Source: Bosea sp. (in: a-proteobacteria)
Lineage (GTDB): Bacteria > Pseudomonadota > Alphaproteobacteria > Rhizobiales > Beijerinckiaceae
NCBI RefSeq assembly: GCF_017308015.1
Contig: NZ_JAFKFW010000017.1
Coordinates: 16,783-80,782, forward strand
Direction: 5' to 3'
Length of the DNA stretch: 64,000 bases
Shown one piece after another: positions 55,044 through 64,000 of this stretch (its first letter is position 1; every line of letters begins with the position of its first letter). The notes under the pieces are model-generated. The model did no database searches. It saw only the letters and a program-made list of their open reading frames with translations, and had not been told where the DNA came from. Position numbers and translations under genes: made by a program.

Positions 55044-55789
55044 GGCGCAGGTTCCGCCGGAGCGGCAGCCGCGCGTGCGGCCTTGATGAAGGGGGCCGCG
55101 AGCGGGCTGCCCTTGCCTTCGGCCGCGAGCAGCAGGGCTAGCGCCCGCTCCGCATCGGCCGGAACGCCCTGGCCGAGCAGCGTCGCGGCGCCAAGCATCG
55201 CCTCCGAATCCGGATCGCCGGCCGCCATGCCGCGCTGCCACCACTGCGCGGCGGCACCGGCATCACGATCCATGCCGAGTGCATCGTGATGCATCATGCC
55301 GAGCCGGGTCATGCTGGTGGCGATGCCGGCCTCTGCCGCGGCTTGCGCCCAGCGCAGGGCCTCGGCCCGGTCGGCCGGGTTCCCGCCTTCCAGCAGCATC
55401 CAGGAGAGCATGTCCTGGGCCGGGGCGTCGCCCTGCTCGGCTGCGAGCCGATAGAGCCGCATCGCCTCTGCATCGCTTTGGGTAACGCCTTCGCCCTTGA
55501 AATGCAGGGCCGCGAGATTGCGCTGTCCGACCGGATCGCCGCCCTCCGCCGAAAGGTTCAGCCAGCGCAAGGCCAGGGCCGGATCGCGCTCGACGCCGAG
55601 CCCCTCGGCGAAGCAGGCACCGATATTGTTCTGCGCCCGCCCGATGCCCGCATGGGCGAGCGGCCCCCAGATAGCGAGCGCAGCCGCATGGTCGCCACGC
55701 TCGACGGCCGCTGCCGCCTCAGCCATCGTCGCGGCGGTATCGTCGGCGGCGGCCTCGTCGCGACCGAAAAGGCACTTAAGCCAGCGCAT
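55040..55789 (-). CDS. Sel1-repeat (TPR-like) protein
   Basis: Repeated A.AQ.N.G..F..G.GV..D...A..W...AE.G units. Confidence 0.9.
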   Translation of the reverse strand: MRWLKCLFGRDEAAADDTAATMAEAAAAVERGDHAAALAIWGPLAHAGIGRAQNNIGACFAEGLGVERDPALALRWLNLSAEGGDPVGQRNLAALHFKGEGVTQSDAEAMRLYRLAAEQGDAPAQDMLSWMLLEGGNPADRAEALRWAQAAAEAGIATSMTRLGMMHHDALGMDRDAGAAAQWWQRGMAAGDPDSEAMLGAATLLGQGVPADAERALALLLAAEGKGSPLAAPFIKAARAAAAPAEPAP

Positions 55790-57179
55790 CGGACAGCTCG
55801 GGTTTCAGCGCGTCGAGCTGCGCCGCGAACAGCGCTTCATCCTCCAGACAGCGCAGGTCGAAGATCAGGGTGCCTTGCGCGATCCGCCCGATCACCGGCA
55901 CCGGAACGGCGCGGAAGGCCGCCGCGAGCTTTTCGACTGCTGAGCTCGCAGACTTGCCGGCCGGCCGCAGCGCAAGCGCGGCACTCGGCAACGTTTCCAA
56001 TGGCAATGCGCCGGAACCGATCTGGCTGGCGCAATCGGTGGCTTCCACAGTCCAGTTCGCGCCGATAGCGGCTGCGACCTTCGGCTGAAGGCGCTCGGCG
56101 AGACCGCGGAGTTCGGCGGGGTGTCGCGTGAAAAGCCTGAGCGTCGGCAGGCGCCGCGCCAACCGGTCCGGGTCGCGATAGAGCCTGAGCGTCGCCTCCA
56201 GCGCGGCGAGCCTGAGCTTGTCGAGGCGCAGCGCGCGCTTCAGCGGGTTCTTCGCCAGTTTCGCGATCAGGTCCTTCCGGCCGGCGATGATGCCGGCCTG
56301 CGGCCCGCCGAGCAGCTTGTCGCCGGAGAAGGTGACGAGATCGGCGCCGCCCTTCAGCGCATCCTGCACCGTCTTCTCGCGGCGCAGGCCCCAGCGCGAG
56401 AGATCGATCAACGTGCCCGAGCCGAGGTCGTCGACGAAAGGCAGCTCGTGCTGGCGGGCGAGCTTGGCGAGCTCGGTCGGCTCGACTTCGGCCGTGAAGC
56501 CCTGCACCACATAGTTCGAGGTGTGGACCTTCATCAGCAGGCCGGTTTCGGGCCCGATCGCCTCGGCATAGTCCTTGAGATGCGTGCGGTTGGTCGTGCC
56601 GACCTCGCGCAAGGTCGCGCCGGCGCGCGCCATGATGTCGGGCATGCGGAAGGCGCCGCCGATCTCGATCAGTTCGCCGCGGGAGACGATGGCTTCGCGG
56701 TCTTTCGCAAGGGTGTTGAGCACCAGCAGCACGGCGGAAGCGTTGTTGTTGACGAGGATCGCATCCTCGGCGCCAGTCAGTTCCCTGACGAGGCCGCGGA
56801 CATGCGCGTCGCGCTCGCCGCGTTGTCCGGCCTCGATCTCGTATTCGAGATTGGTCGGAGCGCGCATGGCCGCCACCACGGCCTCGATCGCCTCCTCGGC
56901 CAGCAGCGCGCGGCCGAGATTGGTGTGAAGTACCGTCCCGGTGAGGTTGATCACAGGTCGTTGCGAGGGGCGACTCTGCACTTCGAGCCGGTCCAGCGCC
57001 ATGCGGCCGACTTGCTCTGCCGATGCCGCTACCGGCCCGCCGCCGCGCAACCGCTCGATGATGTGCCGGACAGCATCGGTCGTGGCCATCCGTCCGTGCT
57101 GCGCGATCGCGAGATCGCCTGCGGTACTGCGCAGCACCGTATCGACCGATGGCGGGCGGAAGCTTTGTGGCTTGTTCAT
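55776..57179 (-). CDS. selA: L-seryl-tRNA(Sec) selenium transferase
   Basis: VINLTGTVLHTNLGRA, NNNASA, SRGELIEIGGAFR, DLGSG, FSGDKLLGGPQAG. Confidence 0.98.
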   Translation of the reverse strand: MNKPQSFRPPSVDTVLRSTAGDLAIAQHGRMATTDAVRHIIERLRGGGPVAASAEQVGRMALDRLEVQSRPSQRPVINLTGTVLHTNLGRALLAEEAIEAVVAAMRAPTNLEYEIEAGQRGERDAHVRGLVRELTGAEDAILVNNNASAVLLVLNTLAKDREAIVSRGELIEIGGAFRMPDIMARAGATLREVGTTNRTHLKDYAEAIGPETGLLMKVHTSNYVVQGFTAEVEPTELAKLARQHELPFVDDLGSGTLIDLSRWGLRREKTVQDALKGGADLVTFSGDKLLGGPQAGIIAGRKDLIAKLAKNPLKRALRLDKLRLAALEATLRLYRDPDRLARRLPTLRLFTRHPAELRGLAERLQPKVAAAIGANWTVEATDCASQIGSGALPLETLPSAALALRPAGKSASSAVEKLAAAFRAVPVPVIGRIAQGTLIFDLRCLEDEALFAAQLDALKPELSDALA

Positions 57180-57204
57180 CAGGCTCCCTCCGGGAGACGC
57201 TTGA

Positions 57205-58125
57205 TCAATACCCGAGCAGAAGCGGGTTCACCCCTGCCCGGTGCCAGCCGGCCTCGGTCACCAGCAGGTCAAGCCCCAGGCTCGCGACATCGTCCGCGAC
57301 CGGTTCCAGATTCGGGTCCTTGCGGCGATTCAGGATCTTAACATAGGTCCGGCACTCGTCGCAGGTTTCGGCCTTGATCGTATCGGCGATGCCCTCGATC
57401 TCCTGATAGGCGATACCCTTGGTCGAGCCGCACGAAACGCATTTCACCCGGACATGGTTCCACTGCGCTGCGCAGAGCGAGCACTGGACATAGCGCACGC
57501 CCTCGACATTGAGATCGGCGACGACCGTGCTCGCCACCGGCGGGCCGCCGCAGCACGGACAGACCCCGTCTGCCACCGGCTGGGGTAGGGCGGGGTCGAG
57601 CCGGGCGCTCCGCCGGGCCGCGACGACCTGCAGGGCGGCGGCGGCGAAGATATGCTCGGCGACCGCCTCGACCGGCACTGCATCGGCCAGCACGGCGGCG
57701 AACATTGCCTGCCGTGCTTCCGGCCCGGCCGCGACGGCGCGTGCGAGGGCGGCGCGGGCGAGGTCCGGCATGGCGACATCGGTCAGGCGTTCCGCGAGCC
57801 GGTCGAAGGTGTCCGACACCGCCGGGTTACTCGCCAGCTCCTCGCGCGGCAGCACCGGCATGGCGTTGACCGCTCGCAACCGCAATTCATCGGGGGAGGG
57901 CATGCCGGGCGGTCCTGCAGTCCCTGCCAGCGTCGCCTGCGCCCGGCTCAGGTCGGCGAGAAAGGCGAGATAGGCCTCGAGCTGGTGCCCCGGCGCCAGG
58001 GCGGCGAACCGGTCCGCTCTCCGGGCAAAGAGCGTCGCGGGCTCCGGCAGGCGCAGGAAAGGCGGCTTGTCACGTTCGGGCGTGCCGACATCTTCGAAGG
58101 TTGCCAGATCCTGATCGTCGCTCAT
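57205..58125 (-). CDS. fdhE: Formate dehydrogenase accessory protein
   Basis: CPCCG, CSLC...W...R.KC..CG, CDEC..Y.K, DDVAS.LD. Confidence 0.96.
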   Translation of the reverse strand: MSDDQDLATFEDVGTPERDKPPFLRLPEPATLFARRADRFAALAPGHQLEAYLAFLADLSRAQATLAGTAGPPGMPSPDELRLRAVNAMPVLPREELASNPAVSDTFDRLAERLTDVAMPDLARAALARAVAAGPEARQAMFAAVLADAVPVEAVAEHIFAAAALQVVAARRSARLDPALPQPVADGVCPCCGGPPVASTVVADLNVEGVRYVQCSLCAAQWNHVRVKCVSCGSTKGIAYQEIEGIADTIKAETCDECRTYVKILNRRKDPNLEPVADDVASLGLDLLVTEAGWHRAGVNPLLLGY

Positions 58126-58189
58126 TCAGTCCTCTCGAACCGCACGGGTCACGGGAGGCGGAGCGGCGGGTGCCGCCCCGCAGTCGCAT

Positions 58190-58885
58190 TCATTCGGCCG
58201 GGCCGGGACTATGGCGGCGTGGCGGCGCCTGACGCTCGTCGATCACGCCCTCGCGCGCCTCCTGCCGCAGCCAGAGCCGATGGTGGCGGAAGGCCCAGCC
58301 GCCCGTCACCTTGCCCTCCGTCATGGCGCTGATCGTGCCACGGACATAGAAGCCGGCATAGATATGGACGATGACGACGAGCAGCATCGCAATCGCCGCC
58401 AGCGCATGGATGATATGGCCGAAGCGCTGCTGCTCGATGGTGAAGCTCGCGCCGAAATACTCGTACCAGATCACGATGCCCGTCCCGAACAGGACGATGA
58501 TCAGCAGCGTCATCAGCCAGAAGACGATCTTCTGCGCGCCGTTATACTTGCCGACCTCGGGCAGGTTCTCTTCGCGGCCCGACATCACCTCGCCGATATG
58601 ACCCATCCATCTGGTGTCGGCTTTCGTCCAGAAATTGTACTTGACCATCTGGACGAACAGGATCGCGAAGCTCGCGAGCAGGACGACGCCGATCCAGGGA
58701 TGCAGCATCCGCGCCGCCGAGCCGCCGCCGAACAGGCTCGACAGGAAGAATAGCGCCGGGTGGAACAGGGCTGCCCCGCTGAGCGTGAGCAGGATCAGCG
58801 AGATCGCGGTGACCCAGTGGTTGACGCGCACGCGGCCGGGATAGCGGTCGACGGTCGTGCGCTCCTCTTCACGTCTTACGGCCAC
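58190..58885 (-). CDS. fdnI: Formate dehydrogenase cytochrome b556 (gamma) subunit
   Basis: R.NHW, LHPWIG, GKYN.AQK, H....HIY...G...AM..G.V...WA..HH..W. Confidence 0.95.
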   Translation of the reverse strand: MAVRREEERTTVDRYPGRVRVNHWVTAISLILLTLSGAALFHPALFFLSSLFGGGSAARMLHPWIGVVLLASFAILFVQMVKYNFWTKADTRWMGHIGEVMSGREENLPEVGKYNGAQKIVFWLMTLLIIVLFGTGIVIWYEYFGASFTIEQQRFGHIIHALAAIAMLLVVIVHIYAGFYVRGTISAMTEGKVTGGWAFRHHRLWLRQEAREGVIDERQAPPRRHSPGPAE

Positions 58886-59789
58886 GGGCTGCCTCCTCGT
58901 CGATCAGATGCTCGGCCTCGCGGTCTTCGGCGCGGCTGACATCGTTGCGTCGGGCGATCGTCGCATGGACGAAGGCGAAGGCGGCGGCAAAGCCGACCGC
59001 CGCCATGCCGGCATATTTGGTCAGCCCCTTCCAGAGTTCGACGACCTGGCTGATCCGCGGGTTGTTCGGCAGGTTGGCATAGAGCTGCGGCTTGTCGGCA
59101 TGATGCAGCACATACATCACATGCGTGCCGCCGACACCCGGCGGGTCGTAGATGCCGGCATTCTTGAAGCCGCGCGACTTCAGGTCGGAGATGCGGCCAT
59201 TGGCATGGTCGAGCATCGCCTTCTTGGTGCCGAACACGATCGCGCCGGTCGGGCAGGCCTTGGCGCAGGCCGGCGCCTGGCCGACCGAGACCCGGTCCGA
59301 GCAGAGCGTGCACTTATAGGCCTTGTGGTCGGCCTGGCTGATGCGCGGGATGTTGAAGGGGCAGCCCTTCACGCAATAGCCGCAGCCGATGCAGTTCTCC
59401 GAGACGAAATCGACGATGCCGTTATTGTACTGCACGATCGCGCCGGGGGAGGGGCAGGCCTTGAGGCAACCCGGATCGGCGCAATGCATGCAGCCGTCCT
59501 TGCGGATCAGCCATTCGAGATTGCCGCTCTCCGGGTTCTCCCATTCGGTGAACCGCATCAGCGTCCAGGTATTTTCCGTCAGATCGTGCGGGTTGTCATA
59601 GACGCCCCGGTTGATCCCGACCTCCTCGCGCAGATTGTTCCACTCGAGGCAGGCCGACTGGCACGCCTTGCAGCCGATGCACTTGGAGACGTCGATGAGC
59701 TTGGCCACCTCGAAATCGTGGCGGACATCCGGCGGCCTGAAGGTGGTCGCCGAGATGCGGGCGAAGTCCTGACTTTGCAATCCAGCCAT
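58869..59789 (-). CDS. fdnH: Formate dehydrogenase Fe-S (beta) subunit
   Basis: Four Cys clusters (CIGCKAC..C, CMHC..PGC..C, CIGCGYC..C, CTLC..AC..CP); C-terminal TM. Confidence 0.96.
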   Translation of the reverse strand: MAGLQSQDFARISATTFRPPDVRHDFEVAKLIDVSKCIGCKACQSACLEWNNLREEVGINRGVYDNPHDLTENTWTLMRFTEWENPESGNLEWLIRKDGCMHCADPGCLKACPSPGAIVQYNNGIVDFVSENCIGCGYCVKGCPFNIPRISQADHKAYKCTLCSDRVSVGQAPACAKACPTGAIVFGTKKAMLDHANGRISDLKSRGFKNAGIYDPPGVGGTHVMYVLHHADKPQLYANLPNNPRISQVVELWKGLTKYAGMAAVGFAAAFAFVHATIARRNDVSRAEDREAEHLIDEEAARGRKT

Positions 59790-59799
59790 TGCGCCCTCC

Positions 59800-62700
59800 C
59801 TAGCTCGTCGCCGGTCCGTTGGACGGCTCGACATTCACCAGGAACGCCTTGAACTCGGGCGTATCGGTGTTGGCGTCGCCGACGAACGGGGTGAGGCTGT
59901 TGGGGCCGAAGCCCTTCTTGGCCGCGCCGGTAAAGCCCCAGTGGAGCGGGATGCCGACCACATGGACGGTCTTGCCGTCGCAGACGAGCGGCTTGATGCG
60001 CTTGGTCACCACCGCCTTGGCATAGACCGTGCCGCGGGCGGAGGAGACCTTCACCCAGCCGCCCTTCTGGATGTTCTTCTCCGCGGCCAGCTGCTCGCTG
60101 ATCTCGACGAAGAACTCCGGCTGGAGCACCGCATTCACCCAGACATGCTTCGTCCAGAAGTGGAAATGCTCGGTCAGGCGGTAGGAGGTCGCCGCATAGG
60201 GGAACTTCTCCGAGGTCCCGAGTGCGGCGAGGTCGTCCTTGAAGATGCGCGCGACCGGGTTGCCGCGGATCTTTGGAGCCGTGACATTGGCGATCGGGCT
60301 TTCGAACGGCTCGTAATGGGCCGGGAAGGGGCCGTCCCGCATCAGGCCGCGCGAGAACAGCCGCGCCGACCCTTCCGGGTTCATGATGAACGGTCCGACA
60401 TCCTGCGGCTTGGCGTTTACTGCGATGTCGGGGACATCGTAGCCGGTCCAGGCCGTGCCGTTCCACTCGATCAGCTTACGCCTGGGATCCCAGGGCTTGC
60501 CGTTGATATCGGCCGAGGCGCGGTTGTAGAGGATGCGCCGGTTGGCCGGCCAGGAGAAGGCCCAGTTCTGGTAGGCGCCGGTATTGCCGGGGTCATTGGT
60601 GTCCCGCCGGGCCATCATGTTGCCCCGCTCGGTCCAGCTGCCCGAATAGATCCAGCAGCCGCAGGCGGTCGAGCCGTCGTCGCGCAACTGGCCGAAGGTA
60701 TCGACCTGCTTGCCCTTTTCCAGCACGACCTTTGTGGGGTCGGCCGGATCGGTGACGGTGGAGACGACGTAGCCGTTGAGCTCCCTCGCGATCTCGTCGG
60801 GCTGCGGGTCCTGCGGGTCGCGATAGGGCCAGTGCAGATTGACGATCGGATCGGGGAAGGCGCCGCCCTCCTTGGCGTAGAGCTCGCGCAGGCGCAGGTG
60901 GAGCTGCGCCATGATCCAGGCGTCGGTCTTCGCCTCGCCCGGAGGTTCCTGGCCCGGCCAGTGCCATTGCAGCCAGCGGCTGGACGAGACCAGCGAGCCT
61001 TCGTCCTCGGCGAAGCAGGTCGTCGGCAGTTCGAACACCTCGGTCTGGATCGACTCAGGCTTGACGTCGTTATGGACGCCCTCGTCCTTCCAGAACCGGG
61101 ATGTCTCCGTCTGCAGCGGGTCCATCACCACCAGGAACTTCAGCTTCGACAGCGACGCCGTGATCTTGCCCCGGTTGGGGGCGGAGAGCAGCGGATTGAA
61201 GCCCTGGCAGAAATAGCCGTTGACCTTGCCCTGATGCATCAGGTCGAAGGTCCGCAGCATGTCGTAGCCGGCGACGTCGAGCTTGGGCAGCCACTGGTAG
61301 GCGAACTCGTTCTCGGCCGTTGCGGCCGGTCCCCACATCGACTTCAGGAAGCTCACCATGAACTTCCTGTAGTTCTGCCAGTAGCTCATCTGGTTGGGCC
61401 GCAGCGGCTTGAAGCCGCGCGTGGACATATAGGTCGAAAAGTCGACCTCCTTGTCCTTCGGGATCGCCAGATAGCCGGGGATCAGATCCGACATCAGGCC
61501 GATATCGGTCAGTCCCTGGATGTTGGAGTGCCCGCGCAGCGCATTCATGCCGCCGCCGCGCACGCCGATATTGCCGAGCAGGAGCTGCAGCATCGCCATC
61601 GAGCGGATGTTCTGCGAGCCCTTGGAATGCTGCGTCCAGCCGAGCGCGTACATCGACGTCATCGTCTTGTCGCGCGTCGAGCACTCCGCGATCATCTTGC
61701 AGATCGCGAGATACTTGTCCTTGGGCGTGCCGCAGATGCGCTCGACCATCTCCGAGGTGTAGACGGAGACGTGCTTCTTCAGGAGCTGGTAGACGCAGCG
61801 CGGATGCTGCAGCGTCTCGTCGACCTGGACATAGCCGTCCGGCCCAAGCTCGTATTCCCAGCTCGATCGGTCGTAGTCGCGCTTGGCTTCGTCATAGCCG
61901 GTGAAGAGGCCGTCCTCGTAGTTGAAGCCGTCCTTGACGATATAGGGCGCGTTGGTGAAGGCGCGCACGTAGTCGTGCTGGATCTTGTCGTTGTCGATGC
62001 AGTATTTCATCACCCCGAGCAGGAAGGCGATGTCGGTGCCTTGCCGGATCGGCGCATAGAAATCCGCGACCGAGGCCGAGCGCGTGAAGCGCGGGTCGAC
62101 GACGATCAGCTTGGCGCCACGCTGGGCTTTCGCCTCAGTGACCCATTTGAAGCCGCAAGGGTGCGCTTCGGCGGCATTGCCGCCCATGATGATGACGAGG
62201 TCGGTGTTCTTGATGTCCGTCCAGGAGTTGGTCATCGCACCGCGACCGAATGTTGGGGCCAGACTGGCCACCGTCGGTCCGTGTCAAACGCGCGCCTGGT
62301 TGTCGAACGCCAGTACTCCGAGGCTTCGCACGACCTTGTAGGTCACGAAGGCCGTCTCGTTGGTGGTCGCCGACGCCGCCAGGAAGCCCGTGGTCAGCCA
62401 GCGGTTGACCGTGGCGCCGTCCTGGTTCTTGGCGACGAAGTTCTTGTCGCGGTCGTCCTTCATCAATCGCGCGATGCGGTCGAGCGCTTCGTTCCAGCTG
62501 ATCTGCTTGAACGCCTTCTCGCCCGGGCCGCGATATTGCGGGACCTTGGTGCGCGTTTCGGAATGGACGAAGTCGAGCAGGGCGGAGCCCTTCGGGCAGA
62601 GCGTGCCGCGATTGGTTGGGTGGTCCGGATCGCCTTCGATATGGATGATCGCCGGGTGGGCGTTCTTGGACTTGTCGCCGAGGCTGTACATGATCACGCC

Positions 62701-62883
62701 GCAGGCGACGGAGCAGTACGGACAGGTATTTCGTGTTTCCGTGGTGCGCGCCAGCTTGAAGGGCCGCACGGCCTGGGCAAGTGCCTCCTCGGCACCCCCG
62801 AACCCAAGTGCGGCGACGGCAGAACCGGCGACCCCCGCACCTGCGGCTTTCAGAAACTGGCGACGCGAGAGCTCATGCAGCAT
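59800..62883 (-). CDS. fdnG: Formate dehydrogenase alpha subunit, selenoprotein (Sec200), Tat-exported
   Basis: SRRQFLK Tat signal, CPYCSVAC..C cluster, in-frame TGA at 62284-62286 in NQARV-U-HGPTV; ORFs 62284..63276 and 59800..62271 are the same frame. Confidence 0.97.
62247..62283 (-). promoter_or_regulatory. Bacterial SECIS element
   Basis: After TGA: CACGGACCGACGGT-GGCC-AGTCT-GGCC-CCAAC hairpin with GU in the apical loop; boundaries approximate. Confidence 0.8.
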
Positions 62884-63269
62884 CTCAACCTCCCAGGCGA
62901 ACGACAAGACGTTGTTCAATTTGGAATAGTGAAACTCTGGAGCGAGGGCGTCAAGGCGCGTGCCTCGTCGCCCGGAGTGGGGTCTCTTAGACTTTGGGTG
63001 TACGATCCGTCTTGCTCCGGCAAGGCGTCGCGCCCGTGATCGTATGCCCGCGACCGTGCCAGCGAGACGCCAGGCGGGCGAGGCCCTGCGAGGGATCTGC
63101 TGGAGCGCCCGCCGCCCCAGCCGCGATCGTCGATCTGTACCGGGCTGGTGACCTGACCGCTCGACGCTGTGGAGCACCCGGGCACGGGTCGGAACTTGGC
63201 GAGTGGGAGGCGCCACATCAAGGCGCCGGAGCATGTTCGGCACCTCGTCGACATGCCGGAGCGATTCCG

Positions 63270-63297
63270 TGTGCACCTCCCAAATGGGAGGTGCACA
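63270..63297. repeat. Perfect 13-bp inverted repeat with a 2-nt spacer
   Basis: TGTGCACCTCCCA-AA-TGGGAGGTGCACA. Confidence 0.85.
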
Positions 63298-63424
63298 ATA
63301 ACGGTGGCTTTCTCAAAGACGCTCGAATATTCCAATCGTCCGTATCTCTCGTGGGGACGTCACGACCTGTCGTGCCGGGCTGCCGATTGCGGCCCGCATG
63401 CTGTGTCCTGACTGTGTTTCTGGC

Positions 63425-64000
63425 ATGAACATCAGCGTATTTGCGCAGGAATATCTGCGCGCCGGGGTTCGCAAGCCGGGCCAGTTCCTGCAGGTGCGCC
63501 CGGCCCGGCTCTGCACGATCTGCGGCTACGAGGGACGCTTCCTCGACGTCGGCCCCCGGCCGGAGGCGCGCTGCCCGAATTGCTCCTCCAAGGAGCGCGA
63601 CCGGATCATGGGGCTGTATCTGCGGGCGCACCATCTCGATCTGACCGACAAGGCAGTGCTGCATTTCTCGCCGGAGAGGCCGTTCTTCCGCTTGTGGAAG
63701 AACAATCCCCGCTACGTCGCCGGCGACGTCAAGATCAGCAAGGTCGCGAATGCCGTGGTCGACATCACCGATATCCGGTTCGAGGACGGCCATTTCGACT
63801 ATCTGATCTGCCATCATATTTTGGAGCACGTCCCCGACGACGCCCAAGGCATGCGCGAGTGCTTCCGCGTCCTGAAGCCCGGCGGCACCGCCTTCTTCTC
63901 GGTACCGCTCGACCAGTCGCGAGAGGAAACCTGGGAGCCGCCGGCGGACATGCCGGCAGCCGAGATCGAGCGCATCTGCGGCTGGGACCATGTCCGGCTC
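63425..64000 (+). CDS. Class I SAM-dependent methyltransferase with N-terminal Zn-ribbon (partial, runs off the window)
   Basis: Hand translation: CTICG...RCPNC.S.ER.R, LHFSPE, D.T.I.F.D..FD.LIC.HILEHVPDD...M.E..RVLKPGG. Confidence 0.9.
   Translation, partial: MNISVFAQEYLRAGVRKPGQFLQVRPARLCTICGYEGRFLDVGPRPEARCPNCSSKERDRIMGLYLRAHHLDLTDKAVLHFSPERPFFRLWKNNPRYVAGDVKISKVANAVVDITDIRFEDGHFDYLICHHILEHVPDDAQGMRECFRVLKPGGTAFFSVPLDQSREETWEPPADMPAAEIERICGWDHVRL

Noticed and set aside
59800-62883. fdnG as a split pseudogene
   Set aside because: The stop is the Sec codon, with a SECIS and full Sec machinery adjacent
59941-63039. 1032-aa plus-strand ORF
   Set aside because: Antisense shadow of fdnG caused by high-GC codon bias; no motifs
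62890-63260. Moco/tungsten riboswitch upstream of fdnG
   Set aside because: Could not match the conserved core by eye; needs an Rfam scan

Overview
High-GC alphaproteobacterial (Hyphomicrobiales-like, inferred) chromosome segment in two parts. (1) Positions 1 to ~49,876 are most of a temperate prophage. It carries early/replication genes (LexA-like DNA-binding protein, methyltransferase, DnaB helicase, initiator with iterons, HU), a lambda-type head (terminase, portal, W, C/Nu3, D, E), a Mu-type contractile tail with a programmed -1 frameshift chaperone, a lysis cassette, a cassette with an SOS box and SRAP, and a leftward accessory operon. It ends at the 3' half of a tRNA-Asp(GTC), read as attR. 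The intact tRNA, integrase and immunity repressor are not in the window and presumably lie to its left. Several morons interrupt the phage operons: an AbiTii-like protein, a secreted protein before the tape measure, an HTTM plus DCC1 pair in the tail-fibre locus, and a PEP-CTERM protein flanked by duplicated micropeptide genes. (2) Right of attR lie integrase and IS3 remnants, then a host selenocysteine/formate dehydrogenase locus: selD opposite fdnG(Sec)-fdnH-fdnI-fdhE-selA-Sel1-selB, with tRNA-Sec nested in the end of the selB frame. A partial SAM methyltransferase closes the window. All calls come from reading motifs by eye; no database searches were run.
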